Positions 1 to 9,157 of a DNA stretch of 64,000 nucleotides are shown piece after piece. Source of the DNA: Myxococcales bacterium (GTDB lineage: Bacteria; Myxococcota_A; Polyangia; Polyangiales; DASUME01); the NCBI GenBank assembly GCA_047601445.1, contig JASGJH010000001.1, positions 5,792,001-5,856,000 on the forward strand, written 5' to 3'. Numbering within the stretch: position 1 is the stretch's first letter; the number at the start of each line of letters is the position of its first letter. Made by a program: the position numbers and the translations under genes. Below the pieces are notes generated by a model. That model saw only the letters and a list, made by a program, of their open reading frames with translations. It did not search any database and was not told the DNA's origin.

Positions 1-1503
1 GCGCGCGAGATGGGCACCGCCCTCAGGCGCTTCTTGAGGTCGCGCGTCGACTCGCTCGGGATGGCCGAGGTGTCCGGCATCATGCAGCTCCTGTTCTCCA
101 GCAACCAGCAGCGCAAGCGCGCGCTGGTGCAACAGGCCGCGCGCAGCTTCGCTCCAGGGCGACCCGTGAGCTTGCCGCCGCCGAGCGCGAACTTTCGCGC
201 GGAGGAGCAGACACCGACCGATCCGGATCCTGGCGAGGAGCAAGAGCGCACGCTGGAGCGACTCGAGTCCACGCGAGCCGAGTTCGTGCCGCGTCCGAGC
301 GTGAGCGCGCACAGCAGCACCACGCGCGTGGCCCCGGACGAGGAGCAGGAGCGTACGCTGGAGCGGCTCGAGGCCACCAAGGTGGCGCCCGAGCTCGACA
401 ACGACGACACGCTCATGGAATGGGTCGATCACAGTCAGCTCGACCTGGCAGTGGGCGATTCGAAGGAGAAGGCGACGCAGAGCGAGCACAGCGTCGCGAC
501 GGTGGCCATGGCAGCCGCCCCGTCCAACACGAACGGAGAGCCCACGCGCGTCAGCCAGTCGCCCGAGCCCGCCCGCGCGGACGCTGCAACGCGGGCCGAG
601 AATCCGCGCGAGCCCACGCGAGAACAGGAGATCGAGACCCAGGACTACCCGCGTGATCGGCGCGAGCCCGAGCCTGCGTCCAAGCCGCCTGCGTCCCACA
701 ACGCGGGCGCCGCGACGCTCGGCGCCGAGACCACGGACGATGGTGAGACCGTCATGTCGATGACGCGTCCGCTGGAGCGCGCGCTGCTGCGGTCCGCCGT
801 CCTCGAGCCGAGCCCCGTGGCTACGGAGAAGGTGACGCGTGAGCCGACGGGCAAGCGGCTGAGCCTCGCCAAGCTCGCGCTCATCGGCGGACTCTCGGGC
901 TGCGCACTGTGGCTAGGGGCGAGCGCTGGGCCGTTCGCGGACGAACCCATCCCGCAAGCGAAGCGCGTCGAGGCGGCGCCAGAGAGCCCGACCGCGAACT
1001 CGCTGGCGATGCATGGCGAGCGGCCGAACTCGGCGCCGACGGAAGGCTCCGGGCGCCCCGAAGAGGAGCCCGAGGCCCGCGGCGTGGCGCAGGCGCAGGA
1101 GGTCGAAGCGCCAGTGCCCGCTGCAGCGGAAGTTGTGGAGGCGGCTGCTGCGCCTGCAGCCGACGCCACTGGGTCGCAGCTGGGCGCAGACCGCCCCATC
1201 GTCGACGACACGAGCACGGTGAGCATCGTGTCGCGCGAGGTTCTGCCCAAGCCTCTTCGCAAGCGAGCCTTGCGCCGCCCGGCACCTGCACCGTTGGCCC
1301 TGGGCACCGTCAACGTATCGAGCGACGACGGTTGGGCCGACGTGTACGAGGGCAGCCGCAAGCTCGGGTCCACGCCCGTGCGCCTTTTGCTGCTCGAGGG
1401 AACCCATACGCTGAGTTTCCGTAGCCAGGGCGCCGGGCCGAGCAAGAGCCTGCAAGTGGTCGTGCGCGGCGGCCAAGTCATCAAGGTCAAAGCACCGCTC
1501 TAA
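1..1503 (+). CDS. C-terminal part of a membrane Ser/Thr kinase-like protein with PEGA-like domain (5' truncated by window edge)
   Basis: Frame open from base 1 (AREMGTALRRFL, like the end of a Hanks kinase domain); Thr/acidic linker, TM segment LALIGGLSGCALWLG, C-terminal GTVNVSSDDGWADVYEGSRKLGSTPV. Catalytic domain is not in the window. Confidence 0.6.
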   Translation, partial: AREMGTALRRFLRSRVDSLGMAEVSGIMQLLFSSNQQRKRALVQQAARSFAPGRPVSLPPPSANFRAEEQTPTDPDPGEEQERTLERLESTRAEFVPRPSVSAHSSTTRVAPDEEQERTLERLEATKVAPELDNDDTLMEWVDHSQLDLAVGDSKEKATQSEHSVATVAMAAAPSNTNGEPTRVSQSPEPARADAATRAENPREPTREQEIETQDYPRDRREPEPASKPPASHNAGAATLGAETTDDGETVMSMTRPLERALLRSAVLEPSPVATEKVTREPTGKRLSLAKLALIGGLSGCALWLGASAGPFADEPIPQAKRVEAAPESPTANSLAMHGERPNSAPTEGSGRPEEEPEARGVAQAQEVEAPVPAAAEVVEAAAAPAADATGSQLGADRPIVDDTSTVSIVSREVLPKPLRKRALRRPAPAPLALGTVNVSSDDGWADVYEGSRKLGSTPVRLLLLEGTHTLSFRSQGAGPSKSLQVVVRGGQVIKVKAPL

Positions 1504-1917
1504 GCGCTTCGCTCAAGATCGCCCGCTCTCACACGTCATGCGCACACGCTTGCGCACGTCGCTACGAGTGGACACCCACGTTGCAGAGGCAGCGGTGTTG
1601 CAGAGGCTCGGTGCGGCGCCCCGTTAAGCGAGCTTCGCGCACGAAGCGGGGCTTTAAGCGGGAAGATGCGGGCGTAAGGTCGTCTGCTCGCAGGCTCAGA
1701 TCGTGCGCTGGAATGAGTGCTCACATGGCCCTCATTTTCGCCGTCGTAGTGCAAAGCTCGATAGGATCGGGGCTCCAGGGCAGCTCTCGCATCGCCCTGC
1801 AAAACCGAAGGAAGTCCGTCTCTGGTTCGTCTGTCTGAGAATGCGCGAGGCGTCTGCTCGCGGTGGCCGGCCTCGTGGGCAGCGGGTGGACGCTGCGCGC
1901 GCGCCTGGTGTGCCCGC

Positions 1918-3381
1918 GTGTGGCTCCTGTGCGCCGTGCTCTTGTCGAGCTCGCTCGCGTTCGTCGGACAGGTCGTGGCCCAACCGCAGCTGAGGACGCT
2001 CGATGCGGTGTGGCTGACGCCGCGCCTCACCACGAGTCCGGGCCTCATCGTCTCGGGGAGCAGCGGCTACGGCATCACGGAGCACGTCGCGGGCACCACG
2101 GGTGTGCATCATCGCGTGGCGGGCTCGTTGGGTGTGGCCTATGCGACGCGCTTTGGTCTCTCGGCGGAGCTGCGTGTGGACGGACGCTGGGATCTGCACG
2201 CGGTGTCGCCGCGCGACGACAGCATGGTGGGTGAGCCGCGCGCCTACTTGCGGTACGGAGCAGGCCTCGGGTCGCGCACCCGGCTGGGCATGGAGGCTGG
2301 CTGGCTGATCGGAGGAGCCAACGTGCCCGCCCTCGATGTGCGCTCGAGCACGCTGGATCTCCTTGCGATCGCCGACGTGAAGCTGGCGCGCGCTTGGTCG
2401 TTGGTTTCGGCCCTCGGTCCGCGGCTCGACTTCAGCGCGAATAGCGTCTCTCCGGACGTCCACCTGTCGCGCTCCGACTGGCTCTCGCTGGGCGTCTCGA
2501 GTTATCACGCCTTGCTGCTGCGCTTTGCCGCCGTGGGTCGCCTCGGCAAGTTCGGTGTGGCAGGGGAGTTCTCGGGCGATGCCCTGCTCGGCCAAGGCTC
2601 GCCCGCGCTGCGGCAGTCGCCCTGGAGGACATCGTTCAAGCTCAGCCGCGCCGTCGGCCCGAACGAACAGCTCGAGTTGGTTTGGGTGACGTCGCTGCTG
2701 GTGTCGCGTCGACCCGAGTGGACTTCGGCGCAGCAGTACGTGCCCTTCGAGCCACGCGTGACCTCGTTCGTGGGTCTGCGCTACCACTTCGCGTCGTCGC
2801 CGAAGAAGCCCGCGAGCGAAGCGGCTGCACCGCCGCCCGAGCCCAAACCGGTCGCACCGGAGCCGCCCACGCCGAGCACGGGCGAGCTGGTGGTCAGTGT
2901 GTTCGATGCGCGTGGCGAGGCGCTGCCCGATGTAGAGGTCGGTCTGGCGTCCGGTCGGAAGGAGCGCACGGGTGCGTCGGGGGCGGCACGCTTTGCGGAG
3001 CTCGCACCCGGAGACTATCCGGTGCAGGTCGAGTGCCCGGGCTTCGCGCCTGGCCAGGCGACGGCCACCGTGACGGTGGGCCAGAGCGCGGCACTCAGGG
3101 TGGACCTGCTGGAGCTCACTGACCGCGGGGTGCTCCGCGTCTTTGTGCGGGACGCCGACAGCGGAGAGGATGTGGCCTCCGCGCAGCTCAAGCTCACGCC
3201 GTTGCGCAAGAAGCGGGCGCGCAAAACGGACATCGCGAGCGGAAGTCACACCGAGCTCGAGCCTGGCAGTTATCGCGTCGAGATCACGGCGCAGGGCTAC
3301 GGCCGGCAGACGCGCACCATCGTGGTCGAGCGCGGCGAGGTCATGTTGTTGAACGTGGACTTGCCGAGGAAGCGGCCATGA
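1918..3381 (+). CDS. Secreted/outer-membrane protein with C-terminal carboxypeptidase-regulatory-like/PEGA domains
   Basis: Signal-like N-terminus, beta-rich body ending FVGLRYHF, Pro linker, then two GELVVSVFDARGEALPDVEV...LAPGDYPVQV-type domains; 4-bp overlap with next gene. Confidence 0.65.
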   Translation: MWLLCAVLLSSSLAFVGQVVAQPQLRTLDAVWLTPRLTTSPGLIVSGSSGYGITEHVAGTTGVHHRVAGSLGVAYATRFGLSAELRVDGRWDLHAVSPRDDSMVGEPRAYLRYGAGLGSRTRLGMEAGWLIGGANVPALDVRSSTLDLLAIADVKLARAWSLVSALGPRLDFSANSVSPDVHLSRSDWLSLGVSSYHALLLRFAAVGRLGKFGVAGEFSGDALLGQGSPALRQSPWRTSFKLSRAVGPNEQLELVWVTSLLVSRRPEWTSAQQYVPFEPRVTSFVGLRYHFASSPKKPASEAAAPPPEPKPVAPEPPTPSTGELVVSVFDARGEALPDVEVGLASGRKERTGASGAARFAELAPGDYPVQVECPGFAPGQATATVTVGQSAALRVDLLELTDRGVLRVFVRDADSGEDVASAQLKLTPLRKKRARKTDIASGSHTELEPGSYRVEITAQGYGRQTRTIVVERGEVMLLNVDLPRKRP

Positions 3382-4910
3382 GTCGGGGCGAGCTCACGGC
3401 ACGGGAGACGTTGGTCCGGCGCGCGCTGGCGGCGCTGCTCGGTGTGCTGTGCGCGGGTCTCACGTTGTGGTGGATCCTGCCGCGCGGGGTGGCGCGTCTG
3501 GAGGCGGCCGCGGGCGATGTGCGGCGCGACGAAGCCCGGGCAGAGGGCAAGTTTCGTGCGGCGCATGCCGGCGACGCTTTCATGCTGGGCGACGGATTGA
3601 AGACCGAGCGGGCGGCCACGGCCGAGGTGCAGATCGTGCAGGGGCCCCGGCTCAAGGTGAAGCCGTCCACGTTGTTGCGCTTTCGTGGGCGCCGAGCGGA
3701 GGGAGCCCAGGTGCTGTTGGCGCGCGGTTCGGTGAGCATTTTCACCGCCGAGGAGCCGGTGTTGTTCGAGACGGCGGCTGGCATCTTGCGCATCGCGGCC
3801 CACTCGCGTGCCACGCTCGACCGTGGCCCGCAGCAAACGCGCGTCGAGGTCCTATTCGGGCGTGCCGAGCTGGAGTGGTCGTCTGCGCCGGGGCACGCGC
3901 TGGAGGCGGGCGAGATGGCGCGCTTCGTTCACGCCGAGGGCGTGACGGAGTTCGCGGACGAAGCGTCGAAGGGCGCAAACACACCCCACGTTGCCGACGC
4001 GCGCGCCCAAACCCCTGGGGCCAGGGCGACCGACGCGGGAGCTGATGCGCCGGGCGACGCGGAGCCTATCCCCGGAGCGAGTCTCGGCGCGGGCGTGACC
4101 ACCAGTGGGCCGGCGGACATCGTGCTGCCAGCGTCGCCATTCCTCACGGTTTTGGACGGCGCGGCACCCACGGTCATCGGCCTTCGCTCGACGAAGTGCC
4201 AGGGCAAGCCCACGCTCAGCGTCGAGCGACAGGGCCGCTTCGTGGAAGTCGGTACCACCCATGCATTCGGCGTCGGTGTCACCCGCTATCGCTTGCTCTG
4301 CGGCTCGCAGCTCGCGGCCGCTGGCAAGGTGCGAGTGGTCCAGGACGCGGCGCGTCGCAACCTGGCAACACCTCCGCCCAGCAACGTGATCGACCTGGAC
4401 GGCCGCTCCTATCGGGTGCTCTACCAGACAGCGCTACCCGAGGTCAGCGTGCGCTGGTCGTCGGCCAAGGCAGACAGCGAGAGCACGCTGGTCGTGGAAG
4501 GTCCGCACAGTCGCCAAACTTTCGCGGTGCGCGGCGCCCATTTCGCTCTGCCGCCTGCCAGCTTGCACGAGGGGGACTACCGACTCTGGTTCGAACAGCC
4601 CCGGAGCAACCTGCGATCGCGCACCACGCGCCTCGGCATCCACTTCGACAACGCCACGCCGCTCGCGCGCCTCAACGAAGACGCGCTGCTCGAGGCCGCC
4701 GCCGACGGCAGCGCGCACGTCTCCGGCGCCGTGGTCGAGGGGGCACGTCTGTCCGTTCAGGGCAAGCGAGTGGAGCTCGACGATCGCGGTCGCTTCGATG
4801 TCGTGGTGTCGCCACAACCCGATCAGCGCGCGGTGGCCCTCGCCGTCGAGGTGCCGGCACGCGGCGTCTTCTACTACGTGCGTCGCTTCAAGGGAGAAGC
4901 TCAGCAGTGA
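3378..4910 (+). CDS. FecR-like domain membrane-anchored protein
   Basis: N-terminal TM, then GDAFMLGDGLKT...LKVKPSTLLRF...LARGSV...RVEVLFGRAEL FecR-type pattern; ATGA/GTGA overlaps at both ends. Confidence 0.6.
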   Translation: MSRGELTARETLVRRALAALLGVLCAGLTLWWILPRGVARLEAAAGDVRRDEARAEGKFRAAHAGDAFMLGDGLKTERAATAEVQIVQGPRLKVKPSTLLRFRGRRAEGAQVLLARGSVSIFTAEEPVLFETAAGILRIAAHSRATLDRGPQQTRVEVLFGRAELEWSSAPGHALEAGEMARFVHAEGVTEFADEASKGANTPHVADARAQTPGARATDAGADAPGDAEPIPGASLGAGVTTSGPADIVLPASPFLTVLDGAAPTVIGLRSTKCQGKPTLSVERQGRFVEVGTTHAFGVGVTRYRLLCGSQLAAAGKVRVVQDAARRNLATPPPSNVIDLDGRSYRVLYQTALPEVSVRWSSAKADSESTLVVEGPHSRQTFAVRGAHFALPPASLHEGDYRLWFEQPRSNLRSRTTRLGIHFDNATPLARLNEDALLEAAADGSAHVSGAVVEGARLSVQGKRVELDDRGRFDVVVSPQPDQRAVALAVEVPARGVFYYVRRFKGEAQQ

Positions 4911-6640
4911 GTTCCGAACAAGAGAATGTGGCCGATCCGTTCACCGGGAAGGTCGTCCTAGGTCGCTATCACGTGGTGTTGCAGCTGGCTCGGGGAGGCC
5001 AGGGCACGGTGCACTTGGCGCGCGCCGAGGGTGCGGCGGGGGTCGCGCGGCCCGTGGTCATCAAGCGCGTGCTCGAGCCTATCACCCACGACAAGCAAGC
5101 GCGCGCACGCTTCGTTTCCGAGGCACGCATCACGGCACGCCTCAGGCACCCGGACATCGTGTCCATCGTGGAGTTCGAGCGACAGCGCGACAAATCCTAC
5201 CTGATGGTGCTCGAGTACGTGCACGGCTACGACCTCTGGCGCTGGGCGCGCTATGTCCAGATGCGCAACGGCGAGATCCCCGCCAACTTGCTGGCCTACG
5301 TGTGCATGCGCGTGCTCGATGCGCTGCACTACTCGCACAGCTTGCGCGATCACAACGGTCAGCCCACGCCCATCATCCACCGCGACATCAGCGGCGGTAA
5401 CGTGCTCATCGACGTAGACGGCCACGTGAAGCTGACCGACTTCGGCATCGCGGCGGTGGTGGCCCCCAGCGCGGATCCCGACCGGGTTCGCAGGCACACG
5501 GTGCAGGGCAAGCTCGGCTACATCGCGCCCGAGCTGTTCGTCGGAGCGCCGCCCAGTCCGGCCAGTGACATCTACGCCTGCGGCGTGATGCTGCACGCGC
5601 TCCTGCTCGGCAGGAACGAGTTTCACGCCCCCGACCCGCGTGAGGCCGAGGAAAAGGCGAACTTCCACCTGGGCTCGCGCCTCGATCAGCTGCGGCGAGA
5701 CGTGAGCCCCGCCGGCGCAGACGTGATCGCGCGCGCGCTGGCCAAGGATCCCAAGGAGCGCTTCGAGAGCGCCGCCGTCTTCAGCGCGGAGCTGCGCCGG
5801 GCCTTCGAGGTCGACTTGGCCGAGGCTCGCGACGCGTTCGCCCTGTTGGTGGAGAGCGACTTCGAGGACCCCGAGTTCTCACGCCGTATGGGTGTGCTCC
5901 CCCTGCGCCAGATCGACGCGGCCTGGCGTCGCCACGAGAACGAGACCACCGACAGCAGCCTGCGCTTCCGACGTAGCTCCTTTCCTTCCCTGCGGCCGAC
6001 TCCCACTACCTCCGCCGTCAGCGAGGACGTCACCCGCCACGACGGAGGCCGCGCCGCGCCGTCACAGCCCGCACCTGCACCAGCCCCAGAAGTGCCCGTT
6101 TTCAAGCGCTCCGAGCGTTTGCCGCAGGTCACGCTGCGCACGCGCACGCGCTACGAGGAGCTCGGCTGGACGCTGGCCATCGTGGTCTCCGTGGCGCTCG
6201 TGGTCATCGTGGGGGCCTTCCTCTATCGCACCGCCGGGACCGACGAAGTGCTCTACGTGGAGGCACAGAACGCGGGGGCGCAGGCGGTCGATGTCGAGAC
6301 CGCGACCGCGCCAACGCCGACGGAGGCCCTCAAACCCGCCCAGCAAGAAGCCCCCTCCAAGGGTGACTCACTCACCGAGCGTTTCGCCCAACAGGGCGCG
6401 GAAGTGAGCCGCTGCTTTCACGAGGCAACGCCCGCCGCGACCGCACCCAAGCTCACCAAGCTCGCCATCATCTTCGAGATCGAGCCCGCGGGCAGCGTCG
6501 CGCGCGCCACGCTCGAGCCCAAGGAGCTCCGTGTCACGCCGCTAGGCAAGTGCCTGCTCGGTGTGGCCCGCCAGACGAACTTCGGTCGCCAGCCTGGCTT
6601 CATGCGCTTTCGCATCCCCATCAGTACGCAGGTGAACTGA
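4907..6640 (+). CDS. Membrane Hanks-type Ser/Thr protein kinase with extracytoplasmic TonB-C/AgmX-like C-terminal domain
   Basis: GTG at 4907 overlaps the upstream stop. Motifs LARGGQGTV, VVIK, HRDISGGN, DFG, GYIAPE, SDIYACG; TM LAIVVSVALVVIVGAFL; C-terminal C...C domain. Confidence 0.9.
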   Translation: MSSEQENVADPFTGKVVLGRYHVVLQLARGGQGTVHLARAEGAAGVARPVVIKRVLEPITHDKQARARFVSEARITARLRHPDIVSIVEFERQRDKSYLMVLEYVHGYDLWRWARYVQMRNGEIPANLLAYVCMRVLDALHYSHSLRDHNGQPTPIIHRDISGGNVLIDVDGHVKLTDFGIAAVVAPSADPDRVRRHTVQGKLGYIAPELFVGAPPSPASDIYACGVMLHALLLGRNEFHAPDPREAEEKANFHLGSRLDQLRRDVSPAGADVIARALAKDPKERFESAAVFSAELRRAFEVDLAEARDAFALLVESDFEDPEFSRRMGVLPLRQIDAAWRRHENETTDSSLRFRRSSFPSLRPTPTTSAVSEDVTRHDGGRAAPSQPAPAPAPEVPVFKRSERLPQVTLRTRTRYEELGWTLAIVVSVALVVIVGAFLYRTAGTDEVLYVEAQNAGAQAVDVETATAPTPTEALKPAQQEAPSKGDSLTERFAQQGAEVSRCFHEATPAATAPKLTKLAIIFEIEPAGSVARATLEPKELRVTPLGKCLLGVARQTNFGRQPGFMRFRIPISTQVN

Positions 6641-6646
6641 GGACAC

Positions 6647-8311
6647 ATGTTCGATCTCACTGCGCGACGCCTCCTCCTCTGTCTGCTCGCGGGCTCCTCG
6701 CTGGTGGGTTGCGGACGTCTGCGCTTCGAGGATCACTCGGTCGCTGCTCACGCGGACGCTGGTATGGGATCGCCCGATGCCGGGAGCACCCCCGGGATGG
6801 ATGGCGGCACGACCCATGGTGACGCCAGCGCCGAGGATGCGGGTAGCCACTTATTAGACGCCGGGTTCGATGGAGGGGAACTCCTGGGCGACGCGCAGAT
6901 GGGCGGACCGGACGCCATGGCCTGTCCTGCGGGAACCTCCGGACCGAGCTGCCAAACCTGTGTGCGCTACGTGAACGCGGCCTCCACGGCTGGGACTCCC
7001 GACGGCCTCAGCTGGGACACGGCTTTCACCGATATCTTGATGGCGGCGTCCTCCGCGGTGAACGCGGTGGAGGCGGCGGGTGGTCCAGCGCTGTGCCAGG
7101 TCTGGGTGGCCAAGGGCCGGTACCACACGTTCTACACGAACAACATCGACGGCATCCCGCTGCATCCTCTGCTCGAGCTTTACGGAGGCTTCGCTGGCAC
7201 GGAGACCAGCACCGATCAGCGCGATCGCAGCGCCAACGAGACCGTCATCGACGCTTCCAACGCCGCCGGTACGGGTCGTTCGTACTACCCGATCTACTCC
7301 TCGAACGGTGGCTTCATGGACGGCTTCACCATCACCGCGAGCGCGGGACCCTACGGCGGCGGCATCGAGGTCGAGGGCGGCACGCTGACCTTGCGCTACA
7401 TGGTCTTCGACAACCTGGACTCCGCCACGGGACTCGCGGAGGTCGGCGGCGCGCTCAAGCTCGTCAACGCCAGCGCCAACCTGGAGGTCTGCCTGTTCCG
7501 CTTCAATCACGCACGGCGTGGTGGAGCCATTTCGGTGCAGAACGGAAGTGTCACCATGAGCGTCGGCTCCTTCGTGGGAAACTCCTCCACCGAAGCCGGC
7601 GGTGCCATCTACGCGAACAACGCATCGGTCACGCTCCAAGGCGTGGCGCTCGATAGCCAGAGCGCCGACGGCAGCGGCGGTGCCATCGCGATGGAGTCCA
7701 CCTCTGTGCCGAACCTGGTGCTGGACGGCGTGCTCATCAACGCGGCGAGCTCGGGCGGCAGCGGCGGCTGCATCCACTCCACCGGTGGCGTGAACCTGGA
7801 CTTCCAGAACGTGGTGGCCTCCGATTGCCAGGCAGGCGGCGAAGGCGGAGCGTTCTTCTTCGACACCGCTCGCGGCAGCCTGCGCGCGGTCACCACGGCG
7901 GGCGGGGTCGCGGGCAGCACAGCGAGCGGCATGGTGTTGCGCTGTGCCGCAGCCTGCAGCGTAGTGAATTCCATCTTTTGGGACGCGTCGGCCCTCGCCG
8001 AGGTCTCGCGTTCGGGCCCGAGCACCGTGAGCTACAGCCTGGTCCGCGGAGGCACCACCGGAACCGGCATCGTCACCGGCGATCCCCTGTTCGTGTCTTC
8101 CCCCAACGACGTCACACTGCGCGCGGGCTCGCCGGCCATCGACGCCGCGAATGGCTGTCTCGGCCCCGAGTTCGACCTGGAGGGGAATCCTCGCTACGAC
8201 ACCACGGCCACGGCCAACACCGGCGTGGGTCCCGTGTTCAGCGACATGGGCGCCTACGAATACAGCGTGAGCGGCACCCCCTACGCCAACTTCGGTGCCC
8301 TCTGTCCGTGA
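6647..8311 (+). CDS. Lipoprotein with right-handed beta-helix (Pmp/choice-of-anchor-Q-like) repeats
   Basis: Lipobox LVGC; repeated GGAI/GGA and FxxN motifs; DGLSWDTAF and VWVAKGRY; C-terminal LRAGSPAIDAA...DMGAYEY. Confidence 0.8.
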   Translation: MFDLTARRLLLCLLAGSSLVGCGRLRFEDHSVAAHADAGMGSPDAGSTPGMDGGTTHGDASAEDAGSHLLDAGFDGGELLGDAQMGGPDAMACPAGTSGPSCQTCVRYVNAASTAGTPDGLSWDTAFTDILMAASSAVNAVEAAGGPALCQVWVAKGRYHTFYTNNIDGIPLHPLLELYGGFAGTETSTDQRDRSANETVIDASNAAGTGRSYYPIYSSNGGFMDGFTITASAGPYGGGIEVEGGTLTLRYMVFDNLDSATGLAEVGGALKLVNASANLEVCLFRFNHARRGGAISVQNGSVTMSVGSFVGNSSTEAGGAIYANNASVTLQGVALDSQSADGSGGAIAMESTSVPNLVLDGVLINAASSGGSGGCIHSTGGVNLDFQNVVASDCQAGGEGGAFFFDTARGSLRAVTTAGGVAGSTASGMVLRCAAACSVVNSIFWDASALAEVSRSGPSTVSYSLVRGGTTGTGIVTGDPLFVSSPNDVTLRAGSPAIDAANGCLGPEFDLEGNPRYDTTATANTGVGPVFSDMGAYEYSVSGTPYANFGALCP

Positions 8312-8323
8312 CAGACGGCGCGT

Positions 8324-9139
8324 TCAGAAGCGCGCTACGAGGGACAGCTGTCCGGGAAAGAAATGGAGCTTGAGCGAACGCTCGGGTCCTGGCGCACGGG
8401 CCGTCCGCAACATCGGGTCGCAGACCGACTCGCGCACCACCTTGAGGTCCCGCCGAGCGCGCCGCGGCACCGTCCAGAAGGTGAGCTCTGCGACGCCCAA
8501 TGACGTCACGAATTGCAGCACGAGGGCCAGCGTCAGCTCATCGGCATGGGGATTTCGGACCCACACATAGCCCGTGCTGACCGCGGCGTAGAGAAAGCCG
8601 ATCAGGTGGGCGACCCAGTTCGAGTTGGCGTTTTCCACGCGTGCCGCCTTGTCGAGCAAGCTGATGCCCTTCCTGAGCTTGAGCCTGCGTTGCGCGGGGG
8701 TATCTGCAGACAGCTTCGACAAGCGACGGTAGCCGTACATGCCTGGCAACGGCAGAAGGCTGACGTTCGCTACGAAGAGGCCCGCGCCGATGGCCGAGAC
8801 CAACCAGGAGTCCTTGGCCAGGCGGGTGTCGGTGGTGGCGTACTTATAGAAGCCGAAGGTCAAGTTGAACACGTTGAAGCCGTTCCAACCCGTCCACCAC
8901 AGAGTCGCGCCCACACGCTGCTTGGCCAAACTCTGCTCGACGAAGGCCAGCTGCTGATCGACCTGCTCGTCGTTCAGGTGCTCGACGCATGCATCGAGCG
9001 GGAGCTCATGGCCGATTTGCGCGAGAGCTCCGCTCGTCACCAACTGGCAGCTCAACCACAGCGCCACGCCGAGGAGCCCACCCACGCTCGCTGCACGAAG
9101 ACGCGTCCGCTTGCCTGTGGGTCCCCGGGCCACGCCCAC
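8324..9139 (-). CDS. Hypothetical membrane protein
   Basis: 271-aa ORF with signal-like and several hydrophobic segments; 18 bp downstream of uvrB on the same strand. Confidence 0.65.
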   Translation of the reverse strand: MGVARGPTGKRTRLRAASVGGLLGVALWLSCQLVTSGALAQIGHELPLDACVEHLNDEQVDQQLAFVEQSLAKQRVGATLWWTGWNGFNVFNLTFGFYKYATTDTRLAKDSWLVSAIGAGLFVANVSLLPLPGMYGYRRLSKLSADTPAQRRLKLRKGISLLDKAARVENANSNWVAHLIGFLYAAVSTGYVWVRNPHADELTLALVLQFVTSLGVAELTFWTVPRRARRDLKVVRESVCDPMLRTARAPGPERSLKLHFFPGQLSLVARF

Positions 9140-9157
9140 TATGATGCACGAATCCCT

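Noticed and set aside
4196..4906. Long N-terminal extensions in the ORF track (kinase, serpin, modA, Fam20-like, 56456 ORF)
   Set aside because: They overlap upstream genes in another frame; better starts with signal peptides or coupled stops exist downstream.
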